Source of the DNA: Phoronis australis
Lineage: Eukaryota; Animalia; Phoronida
Reading direction: 5' to 3'
Assembly (NCBI GenBank): GCA_002633005.1
Contig: NMRA01001088.1
Coordinates: forward strand, 1-58,025
DNA: 58,025 bases
Every line of letters starts with the position of its first letter. The stretch's first letter is position 1. Shown here piece by piece: positions 38,601 through 46,323 of this stretch. The position numbers and the translations under genes are program-made. The notes under the pieces were generated by a model. That model saw only the letters and a list, made by a program, of their open reading frames with translations. It was not told where the DNA came from and did not search any database.

Positions 38601-39028
38601 GAAATTCACTAGTAAGCTTACAACATTTGTTCATATCTGGTGTGTAAGTCAACAAAACGGAATGAAGGATTGACCACTCTCTTGGACTATCAATGTGCAT
38701 TGTTTGTGTACTAAAGTGAATCCGTGGGTGGACATAATTCAGACAATTTCACATGAATCATAAAATCGACTTGCAAGAACGTGAGTCGCTTGAAATTCGA
38801 GAAAGTCCTGTCTGTACGCACACGCTACTTACCAGATATATTAGTTATAATATAAAATTCTAATATCGAAATATTTTTTTGTAGTCACTACTGGCCGGTC
38901 AAGGCAGTGTCCGCACAACACTGGACCCTCCTCTGGAAACCTTATATGTGAGAATTGTTCCTAAGACTTGGACGCCTCAGCAAATCGTCTGTCTCCGTTT
39001 TGAGCTCTACGGATGTCCAGTCGAATAA
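4291..39028 (+). CDS. Secreted multidomain astacin (M12A) metalloprotease, 23 exons, about 1071 aa: SP-pro-astacin-EGF-CUB-EGF-TSP1-MAM-ShKT x3-F5/8C
   Basis: All 23 exons have GT-AG boundaries and compatible phases; the joined CDS is 3216 nt, open from ATG 4291 to TAA 39026-39028; zinc motif HEIGHAIGRWHEQSREDR and Met-turn SIMHY intact. Confidence 0.92.
7074..7368 (+). CDS. Astacin exon 2: prodomain, furin site RKKR, start of catalytic domain (LWTGARIPY)
   Basis: AAG acceptor, GTGAGT donor phase 1; lies within ORF 7005-7376; homologous to 48965-49256. Confidence 0.9.
8546..8597. repeat. (TA)n microsatellite
   Basis: About 26 perfect TA units. Confidence 0.98.
8775..8913 (+). CDS. Astacin exon 3 (KVFAGIAKLRQATCLNF...YVRFSRGGG)
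   Basis: TTGCAG acceptor, GTAAGT donor phase 2; astacin TCxxF motif. Confidence 0.9.
11396..11489 (+). CDS. Astacin exon 4 (GCSATVGK...VNLGNSGDACLD)
   Basis: TTACAG/GTAAGT; astacin GCxSxVG-type motif. Confidence 0.9.
12126..12323 (+). CDS. Astacin exon 5: zinc-binding motif HEIGHAIGRWHEQSREDR and Met-turn PYDYTSIMHYG
   Basis: Matches the astacin signature HExxHxxGxxHExxRxDR and SxMHY; phase 0-0. Confidence 0.97.
12661..12787 (+). CDS. Astacin exon 6: end of catalytic domain (LSYYDQKVLNLAYNC)
   Basis: CTGCAG/GTAAGT; LSxxDxxxxNxxYxC motif. Confidence 0.93.
13340..13507. mobile_element. Partial copy of the Harbinger-like MITE seen at 41446-41692
   Basis: Shares AACTTCCACATCCGGTAAGTTA, TTTCTTGAAACGG and the terminal TTTGTTGGAACGG. 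Confidence 0.6.
13715..14915 (+). mobile_element. Helentron/HINE-like element with internal repeats, microsatellite and doubled 3' hairpin
   Basis: Three diverged repeats starting ATGACCTTT at about 13722, 14158 and 14563; (AAGAAT)n at 14712-14790; hairpin TACTCTGCGC-TTACAC-GYGYAGAGTA at about 14816-14840 and again at about 14889-14914. Confidence 0.55.
15215..15385 (+). pseudogene. LINE (CR1/L2-like) reverse transcriptase fragment
   Basis: CFIDLQKAFD from 15253, then VSGNLYFAMKSLLANTSACI; deleted and frameshifted. Confidence 0.7.
15699..15806 (+). CDS. Astacin exon 7: EGF-like domain (CENEGFVTKHCRCKCPPFVGGSRCE)
   Basis: Phase 1-1 exon, 6 Cys, CxC...GxxC spacing. Confidence 0.92.
19663..19766 (+). 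CDS. Astacin exon 8: CUB domain part 1 (CGRVV...IKSPGY...YKNGLKCAWVVK)
   Basis: CUB motifs CG, SPGY, CxW; phase 1-0. Confidence 0.92.
20033..20157 (+). CDS. Astacin exon 9: CUB domain part 2 (LEFLDFNVE...CKDSLEVR)
   Basis: TTCCAG/GTAAAT; phase 0-2. Confidence 0.92.
20748..20875 (+). CDS. Astacin exon 10: CUB domain part 3 (RLCG...LLLIFRSNSNNGRKGFKL)
   Basis: CG, FxS and GF motifs; phase 2-1. Confidence 0.92.
21292..22363 (+). pseudogene. Truncated Kolobok transposase: THAP domain, Ser-rich linker, Cys/His finger, start of DDE core
   Basis: THAP C2CH pattern CCVPGC...HRFP...W...VCGKHF...AIPS in the 309-aa ORF 21292-22221; CQVC...CVTGH; frameshift in T8 (22159-22166); continues as SKTTFNNIQ...DSPGRSAKYTTYTLME...KIIDVEL. 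Confidence 0.88.
22322..22633 (-). pseudogene. Truncated Kolobok accessory gene (KolX-like; P2X7 C-terminal Cys-rich domain-like)
   Basis: AAAATGG start; acidic N-terminus, GYMFEP motif, WCKCTVCVVMPTSIECLCCSE; cut off at the internal deletion near 22352-22363. Confidence 0.8.
23634..23741 (+). CDS. Astacin exon 11: EGF domain (DCRSNPCQNGGECK...CKCGKRMSGRWCE)
   Basis: Canonical 6-Cys EGF, phase 1-1. Confidence 0.95.
24300..24830 (-). pseudogene. Penelope-like element GIY-YIG endonuclease relic
   Basis: Minus strand reads GMVHRIPCGSYKRSY..GE, NHVIDCSDA, DTEPNDYTGRIMEAVCI, resembling the PLE pattern GVVYxIPC..YIGET / HxIDW / R..EA..I. Confidence 0.65.
24990..25160 (+). pseudogene. Penelope-like element RT N-terminal relic
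   Basis: EKGKVSVILDKSEYESKDSNVLSDADTFEQLRTEPT matches the PLE pattern DKG..V..DK..Y..K....L.D..TY..L..DPT. Confidence 0.7.
26538..26702 (+). CDS. Astacin exon 12: thrombospondin type 1 repeat
   Basis: VNGKWTEWGSWTSCQSRC...TRWRQCTNPSPANGGRGCYG...C; phase 1-1. Confidence 0.95.
27799..27931. repeat. Imperfect foldback hairpin (core 27819-27912)
   Basis: GTACGTGTTTGTACCAGTG / CACTGGTACAAACACGTAC and GATTCGTGATAT / ATATCACGAATC arms around a 5-nt loop. Confidence 0.85.
28084..28422 (+). CDS. Astacin exon 13: MAM domain part 1
   Basis: CTFD...C.F.Q...D, PSVDHTYG, YCVRFYY; phase 1-1. Confidence 0.9.
28993..29165 (+). CDS. Astacin exon 14: MAM domain part 2
   Basis: TTTTAG/GTATGA; open frame GRMLVGINLYY...DWKWELYE...FPLE; phase 1-0. 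Confidence 0.85.
30180..30315 (+). CDS. Astacin exon 15: MAM C-terminus (ANIDDIVVTRGKC) plus Pro/Thr linker
   Basis: MAM IDDI...GxC motif; phase 0-1. Confidence 0.9.
32338..32457 (+). CDS. Astacin exon 16: ShKT domain 1
   Basis: [37 protein letters not shown]; phase 1-1. Confidence 0.95.
32846..32878 (+). CDS. Astacin exon 17: 33-nt Pro/Thr linker micro-exon (STQQPPTVPPT)
   Basis: Pyrimidine tract + AAG acceptor, CAG/GTAAAT donor, frame-preserving phase 1-1. Confidence 0.7.
33812..33931 (+). CDS. Astacin exon 18: ShKT domain 2
   Basis: CGNKHNTEECLSWAASGECDKNSNWMHVNCALACGKC; phase 1-1. Confidence 0.95.
35877..35956. repeat. Compound (CA)n/(CG)n microsatellite
   Basis: Alternating purine-pyrimidine tract including a (GC)n run at about 35928-35944. 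Confidence 0.9.
36091..36204 (+). CDS. Astacin exon 19: ShKT domain 3
   Basis: CWNIHDTAACDRWAARGECVKNPRWMLPNCALACDEC; phase 1-1; absent from the ORF track. Confidence 0.95.
37088..37141 (+). CDS. Astacin exon 20: 54-nt Pro/Thr linker (GPRPQPTTPAPRTVSPSG)
   Basis: TACAG acceptor, GAG/GTAATG donor; phase 1-1. Confidence 0.75.
37940..38132 (+). CDS. Astacin exon 21: F5/8 type C (discoidin) domain part 1
   Basis: CNTPL...VPDNKIWVS...AILN...AWC...PWIHVTL; phase 1-2. Confidence 0.9.
38482..38611 (+). CDS. Astacin exon 22: F5/8 type C domain part 2
   Basis: ITAVEVQGR...FELKYSNNGRYWSFY; phase 2-0. Confidence 0.92.
38885..39028 (+). CDS. Astacin exon 23: F5/8 type C domain end and stop
   Basis: LDPPLETLYVRIVPKTW...CLRFELYGC; TAA at 39026-39028. 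Confidence 0.93.
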   Translation, partial: SLLAGQGSVRTTLDPPLETLYVRIVPKTWTPQQIVCLRFELYGCPVE

Positions 39029-39704
39029 CTGTTGTACTACTGATGACAGAACCCGGTGACATTATGGCTAGACCATTGTTCCTGGCCTGTTTTCGGGAAC
39101 ACTTTCGTAAGCGTTGGCCAATAGTTCAAGCTGGCCTTCTTAAAAGTGCATCAATGTCTCTGGTTTTTATAAGTAGACTTTTCTTCTGTAGACATTTTCT
39201 GTAAGAATTTACAACTGCTCTGTCTTAGTGGACGTCACTTTGTGAATACACCTTTGAATCAAAACAAAATATAGCCGATCTTTTATGTTACGCTGTTTAC
39301 GGTTAGCACATAATGTCAAGATCAAACAATTTGATGTTTAAAACCGACCAAATTTATCACCTACATTTAAGAACATGAAGGTTTCGACAACGAAGAAATG
39401 GGCCAACCCGTGTTTTGGCAACAGGCAAAGGACTACAAACGATAGTCAATTGCTCGGAAGATTTTCAAAAATGGTTGATTTAGACCTGTCCGCAAAACGA
39501 ATGCAAAAACGCTGAGTTTGTTTCCCTTGCCTGTCCAATTAGTTATGTGCTTGAACTGCCAGCTCCAGCCATTAAAGACCAAGTACTACAACCGAATGCA
39601 TAAGCGTAGTAGCCATCTGTTTTAGCACGTCGTAGAAGTAACGCACAGTCAAATGAAAGCGTTTGGAGGAGCGACACGTAAAATTGACTGAAAAAATGTT
39701 GGAG

Positions 39705-39802
39705 ATGACGATAATGATGATGATGATGGTGGTGGTGATGATGATGGTGATGGTGATGGTGATGGTGACAACGATGAAAATAGCGATGATGAACATGATG
39801 AT
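39705..39802. repeat. (GAT/GGT)n trinucleotide microsatellite
   Basis: Degenerate GAT/GGT array; explains the spurious poly-His ORF 39543-39818. Confidence 0.93.
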
Positions 39803-40624
39803 AACTTTCATATGACAATGAAGATTTCAGAAATGAGTAAGAAATAAGCTATAGTCTTGTTCGTAACAACAAAAGTACAGCAAAACCAATCAACAAGGGA
39901 ACAGCGTTATCAGCAAATCTCAGATAACTCAAAAAGTATACGTGTAGCGAAGAACGAAAAATTATTTTCCGAAAGCCCATAATTAAATCTATCGTACAAT
40001 ATACATGTAGTCTCACAAAACTTCAAAAGATTTCAAATTTTGCATTTTTAGAAATTATAAGACAAATAACTCAAAAACGCCAAGTCTGAAAAAATTGTTA
40101 CAGGTCATTCGAAATAGTATACCTCAGAAAATCCACATGCAAAAATCCACGTCATTTGCTCTTCCCGTTCAACATGGCACCACAGCACGAAAGGAACTTT
40201 CTGTTAAGTAGAATTTGATAATAGATACATGAAGCTACAGAAAACTTACAAAGGAAAAATTACGTAGCAATTTGTCCAACAATGTGCCTTCCTCAGGACA
40301 AAATGTTTGCGGCCATAAATAGAGGTGCGCATGCGCAATGGTCGATATTTCAGCCATCTTTGATTGATTTTTTGGAACATCTGTAGGATTCGTCTGGTGC
40401 AATAATCCTACTGATTGTCAATTTTGTACGTCGAAAATTACGGCCTCTTTGAGCATTTGAATCATTATGAATTCTAAAATAAAATGTCCGCCACGTCCGC
40501 CTTTTTTCAATCTGATCATAACCAAAAACAAAAGGCTTCTAGCTTTTCTGGAAATACAACTTGTGGGCAAATTTCGAGCCAATCAGAGGGAAATTGCGAC
40601 TCGTGTGGAGTGCGAACAACAAAA

Positions 40625-41752
40625 AAGGGAAAACTTAGTGTCAGACCAATTATACTTGCGCTAACTGAAAAAAGAAAGGAATGGATTGAGGGAGTGAAGG
40701 CTATAGAAATTGACTGAAAAAATACGAAATTATAGATAACTATGGACAATGGCACAGTTTTGCGAGGAGACAACCAAAAAGGAAAAAAAATAGTGTCAGA
40801 ACAGTACACTTGCGCTAACTGCAAGGCGATACAGAAGCTTACAGTGAAGCAACACGTGAGGGTGAGATAAAAGGTCAAATATATTATGACAAACAAAACT
40901 ACTACACATCTCGATAGATACAAAGTTATATAATATGTTGAGCTGTAAAAATGGGTGACAATCTGCAGGACAATCGGCACTACTGCAGATATAACGGAGG
41001 TGTATACATGTACATCTATAAAGGTTGAGCTGTAAAGATGGGTAACAATATGCCGAAGCAATCGACTGGGTCATCGACATGAGAAACTTGAGAGTAAATA
41101 GAAAAGGAAAAAGGAAAAAAATGTTTCGAGGAAGGAGTGCTATAGACTTTGACTGAAAAATACAAAATTGAAGAGAATCATGGACGATGGCCCACTTTTG
41201 AGACGAGACAAAGAAATCACGTTTGCAAACCAATCGCGGAAGAACGAAGAGGGCCACTCACCCAAGAATCAAAACACAATGACAATGAGGACGAATCAAT
41301 ATAGCTTACATAAAATATTTAATACTTAAATAATATTTATATGCGCTAACTGCGAAGCGGAACCGAAGCTAGTTTTCACTGAAACAACACGTGAGGTTAG
41401 ATAAAAGATCAGATATATTATGGCAAACTAAACTACTACAGATTAGGGGACCGTTCCAAGAAACTGACTTGTGTTCATTTTTTACTTAAGTCTAAGATTT
41501 GTCTTAGCTTCCATACTTTGGAACTTCCACATCCGGTAAGTTAAAATTAAGACAAAACTTTTATCAAAAACTTAATTCATACTTAATATCTCTTTCTTGA
41601 AACGGTCTCGAGACAAATTTAAGTTTTATCTTAAAATTTACAAAAAAATTATGATTTGTCTTAGTTAAGTCAGATTTGTTGGAACGGGCTCCTGATCCAT
41701 GAATACAAAAGTTATACAGTATGTTGAGCTGTAAATGTGGGTGACAATCTGC
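40625..41752. repeat. Patchwork of diverged local direct repeats
   Basis: AGTGTCAGA..TACTTGCGCTAACTG at about 40637 and 40792; block 40811-40966 repeated at 41342-41752 (split by a MITE); GCTATAGA..TTGACTGAAAAATAC at 40700 and 41139. Confidence 0.7.
41446..41692. mobile_element. PIF/Harbinger-like MITE
   Basis: TIRs GGGGACCGTTCCAAGAAA / TTTGTTGGAACGGGCTCC; flanks TTA/TGA; absent from the paralogous block near 40905; second partial copy at 13340. Confidence 0.65.
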
Positions 41753-42679
41753 CTCAGATGCAGCAGAAGGAGGCATCCGCCCACCCGAGGGAGAGCTAGC
41801 GAGGCTGACAAAAATTAGGATGTGCAAAAAAAGTAAAAATAGTGATGAATAATAAGAAAAATGGGAACACGATGTGGAATAGCTGGTTAACATGAAAGCA
41901 GAAAATTATATATGCGACTCAACAAGGGGTCGAAATGAGAGTAACCGAAACCTAGGAGGAGTACAAAGCTACATGTAACATGGAATGGTAATATCCAAGG
42001 AATATACATAAGGTGACTTAGAAATCATATCACACTGTGTGCCGAACAGGTAGGTATATGTAAACATAAATAATAAAACGTATAGACAAGAACTACACAT
42101 AGACAAGGAAACATCGACGTGAGGTAATAATACCTGTAAGCCTACGTAACCCGTGGTAAAACGCTAACATGGAGAGTATAACAATGGATCGGCAAGGATG
42201 TGAACTGCGAACACGTATAACAAGTGTAATAAGGGCTGGAATACTAGGTGCCCGGGAGAGAGAACAGCCAAACGTTTAATGGTAAAGAGGCGATTCAAAG
42301 TGGGTTGGGCACTGGCAATACAGGTGGCCCATTGATGGAAATGGAGAGTGAGTGAATCAGGACACTTGCAATACAGGACCCCTAGGGTGAGAATTGGGAG
42401 TGAGTGAAAAGCATTCTGGCAATAAAGGCAAGTGTTGGTGAGTGACTCTGGACACTGCCGACACAGTAACCCCTGAAATAAAGATGGGTAGGGGACGGGA
42501 CACTGGCAACGCAGTTACCCCTACATGTATGATAAAAGAGCTTGGTGAGTGAGACGAGGCACTGGCAATACAACTGCCCCGTTAGTGAGAAAAGGTGTGA
42601 TGAGGTTAAGAAGTGGCAATTCAGATGCTCATTGGAGACAATGATTAAGGTAATGAGTGAGTGGGCACGTTAGTAGCGG

Positions 42680-43045
42680 GGAGATGGAGGTATGAGAGAC
42701 GAACATAGTTCCTGAAAGCGTCGAAATTCCAGAGACCCTTGCGCTGAATGGTAGATTCAGGGATTTAGAGTGACGCAGCGGAGGTGGCAGTGTCAATACG
42801 GAAACTATGAGATTTGTATCGTTCATAATCGAGATCGACGCATTCGAGTACCAAGTTAAGGGGGAGATTGAAGTATGAGACAAATATGGGGGAACCATTG
42901 GGAACCAAAGAAAAGAGTGCCCGGTGAATGTTGGAGAGATTGAGGTGGTGCTGAAAGGTGGCAACAAGGCAATGAGGTACGGTAGAACGAGGAATAACTA
43001 GAATTTTAGGAGTGTGGTAATGATATTGGTAGTGAGAGATGGTGA
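42680..43045 (-). pseudogene. Tyrosine recombinase relic of a DIRS/Ngaro-type retrotransposon
   Basis: YKSHSFRIDTATSAASL*IPESTIQRKGLWNFDAFRNYVR matches the YR catalytic end HSFRIGAAT...GRW.S.A...Y.R; one in-frame stop. Confidence 0.8.
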
Positions 43046-43099
43046 CACATGAACTCAGAGGTGACTGAGATGTCGGGGAGCTGGGTGGTGGAGAGGGGT

Positions 43100-43162
43100 G
43101 ATGAGGCAGAGGTCGCAAAGGATGAGGCAGAGGTCGCAAGGTATGAGGCAGAGGTCGCAACA
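43100..43162. repeat. 21-bp tandem repeat x3
   Basis: ATGAGGCAGAGGTCGCAA core three times. Confidence 0.9.
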
Positions 43163-44981
43163 GTAAATTCGCAAAATACGAATCACGACCTGAAAGGCCA
43201 TGAAAAACATGACAGCGCAGAGATGCATGGAAGTGAGAGTCGAGGGCAGAGGGTAAGGCACTGAAAAGGCGGCGAAACCATTAGCGGGAGAACAAAGAGG
43301 GTCATTGACCCAAGAGTAAAAACAATATGAATATGCGGACGAAGCAGCATAGCTTACATAAAAATAATTAATACTTAATAATATTTCGCCAAGTAATAAC
43401 TTCCTTGCAGCTGGCTTTCGGCGAATGTCTTCCTTTAACCAGTCAAAACCTTCCTGCGGAGTATGTCTCAATGGCTTTCATAAAGTTTCCCAGCGTTTCT
43501 AACTCGGCTGATGAAACTTTAAATAACGCAGTTTGACGAAATTATCATTTTTCACTTATTCCCTTGGTTCATTATTTCATTGGTTTGGACAATTGTTATT
43601 CAAACTAGATCATAATTATTGTTAGTAAAGCCATTTTAACTGAACCATTGTGACCATTACAAATAGTGGTTTACCTAATTCCCCCCAATCACGTGTGATT
43701 CTCCAAGTTTATCGTCATCATTGGCAAGCAATTCATTGTTGTTTGGTTAAACTTTTGACCTGTTCTTCAGTCCGGTGAGCTGTCATCATTTGCCTATTTT
43801 ATCGCCTGTGCGAAGTTTATGGTTTTTCTGACTTGAATGGTCAATGAGAATGAATTTTGACATCGTATTTAAATTCTATATTCTTTGGCTTCTGGCAGCT
43901 ACAACATTTGAAGTAATTGCTTTGTACAAGATGAAATTACTAGTGACTTCTAAAAAATAACCAGTCCCTAAGGTTACACTAAATCTTTCACAAAAAAGGC
44001 ATTCTGAAGCTTAATTGCTTGTCGGCTGCCTAACGGTCCACAGAACAGGATGTTTTTTATTTTCTTGCTGATTGTCATGATGATGACTACGAACGCCTAG
44101 GGAATCAAGTTGAACGACCAATCGAGTGGCTGATATAATTAAACAATTTTGCCATAAAAATTGCCACGTTCGACCAGATTACGTTAAGGTCCGGGACCAG
44201 TGTTAACCACAGTTTAGTTAACTGGAAACTTCAGAATGACATGGAAGGTGTTTTTGGTTGGTGGGTTACTGCACATTTGTTGCTCTGTGGAACTTTACGA
44301 AGACGTAAGTACATAGGCGGATTTAGGGAGGGCAGCAAGAGCGTAGGGAAATGTTGAGTTTATTAATTAACCCCGCTAATTAAAATTATGCAATCGTAAC
44401 GGTACTATGGCTATGTATTGGCTCTCCCGCGATGTCCCAGGCGATCGGCAGTGGCGCTACGCACTACGACTCCATTTCCGTCGTCTGCTCCACTGTGGAA
44501 TGAAGAAAATTACTTCATTTTTTATAGAAAATGGAATCTGAGTGACGACAAAAAACATAAGCTGCTTGTAAGATGTGAATTTAAATCGAAGCCTTAGTGA
44601 ATCACTCAGGAACTCGTAATTCTCTCGTTTGTCAAACCTTAACTTAAAGGCGAAGGCAACCTTTTTCCATGTCATTTTGAGCTAAAATAAGGTTGGTTGG
44701 TTATCCTAGACATATTTTTCACTTAATTACAACTTTTCGTAATTTTATTAATTACTCGTCCGCTTTTCCGGAAGTGACGTTTTAGGAGGCAAGCGCTTCC
44801 CGCCACTTGGTTTTGCGTTGAGCTTACTGTGCGAATCTGTTCTATTCTACTTTTGTTTTGTGCTATTTTTCACCAATTGTCGCCACCACTTTCCATCGGC
44901 GAGTATTCTGCGGCAAGATAGGTTAGTAGAGAACTCAACTGCGTTGGATTTAGGGATTGTTTAGTGTGTTGTAAGCTGAAA

Positions 44982-45293
44982 ATGGCTGGAGTCGGTGACC
45001 CGTATCACAGTGACAGTAGTGTGAGTGACGGAGACCTTGTTCACAGCAGTGGTGACGAGGAATTTTTTCACGGACATTCAGTGGGTGGGTACATGTTTGA
45101 GCCCGAGTACAACGAGGCAGAGTACACACAGGCACAGGCAGCTGTTGAGAGAAACGAGGCGGCTACTGAAGACAGACGTGGTGACACATCTTGGTGCAAA
45201 TGCACTGTGTGCGTTGTTATGCCTACCTCAATTGAATGCTTGTGCTGTTCCGAGTTCCACATCAATTATCTTTTTGGTCTCTTCCTCCATTAG
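44982..45293 (+). pseudogene. Truncated KolX-like / P2X7-tail-like gene of Kolobok copy 2
   Basis: Translation identical to 22322-22633. Confidence 0.8.
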
Positions 45294-46323
45294 AGTGTAT
45301 GTGGTATACTTGGCGGACCGCCCTGGTGAGTCAGACAAGTTCTCCTTCTCCATGAATTCCGCCACCAACTCGAGATGTTGTGACATGTATGCGTCATTGA
45401 CAACTGGTATTAAATAGGAATTCTGAATGTTGTTGAATGTTGTTTTCGAAAAAAAACTTGACTTTTCCAAAGTCCATCATTGTCTTCACCGACTGAAACG
45501 TGTTTCCAGTGAAGAGCACACCACTGGACATGGTTAAGTGGACCTCCGGCATACCACGGACAGAGGAACAACTGTCCCACTTGCCAGAGTGTCCCGTGAC
45601 ACACTCCCACTGGATGGTGACCTGAGCACCCAAACTGCTTACATTGTGTCGTGTGACTCCCTCGCCACACACCTGGCACCTTCTAAATAGCTCCAACACT
45701 TTAGACAAGTCCACAATAAACTTATCAAAGTTTGGCTCACCGATCTGTTCACTGGACGACGAACTGTCCTCTTCACTGGGTGTCGAACTGGGCCTGTAAT
45801 CACTCCCACTACTCAATATCGCTGCAGGGCTGCTTAGAGGCTCTGGGCTGGAGAAAACAGCACAGGGCGAATCACTACTGGTTCCAGGAATTGCACGCTC
45901 TGGGGTACGTTCGGAGGCACGGGTGACAGTAGATGAAGTGCCTCCACTGGCTCCAGTCACTGTACTGGCCACAGCTCGCGAGGCTTCTCGCTTCAAAAAC
46001 GCACTTCTCGGGGGTGGCGACGGGGCACTGCCGGGAATCAACACAGACGGAATGGCATCCTTCTTCAAGCGTTGTTTCGCGGGGACCTTCATCAGTTCAG
46101 CGTACAAATCCCTTTCGTAATCGGACGGCAGAAAGTGCTTGCCACACACACGGTAATTCTCCACTGCTTTGTACGTTGCGTGGACGGGTAACGCTGCGTT
46201 CTTCACACGAACGAGCCAAGTACGGCGAAGTGTGTCATCCATCGGAAAGCGATGCAAAGGCACTCCCAAAGCGCGCGTGAGCCGATAATTACTACATCCC
46301 GGTACGCAGCAACAGTGTGGCAT
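45252..46323 (-). pseudogene. Truncated THAP-domain Kolobok transposase of copy 2
   Basis: Identical 309-aa ORF 45394-46323 and the same 8-nt homopolymer frameshift (45449-45456). Confidence 0.88.

Noticed and set aside
39543-39818. Poly-His ORF on the minus strand
   Set aside because: Translation of a GAT/GGT microsatellite.
40516-41257. 181-aa and 153-aa hydrophobic minus-strand ORFs
   Set aside because: Arise from an A-rich locally repeated tract; no domain motifs.
43100-43162. CRISPR-like array
   Set aside because: Head-to-tail repeats with no unique spacers, in a eukaryotic context with no cas genes.
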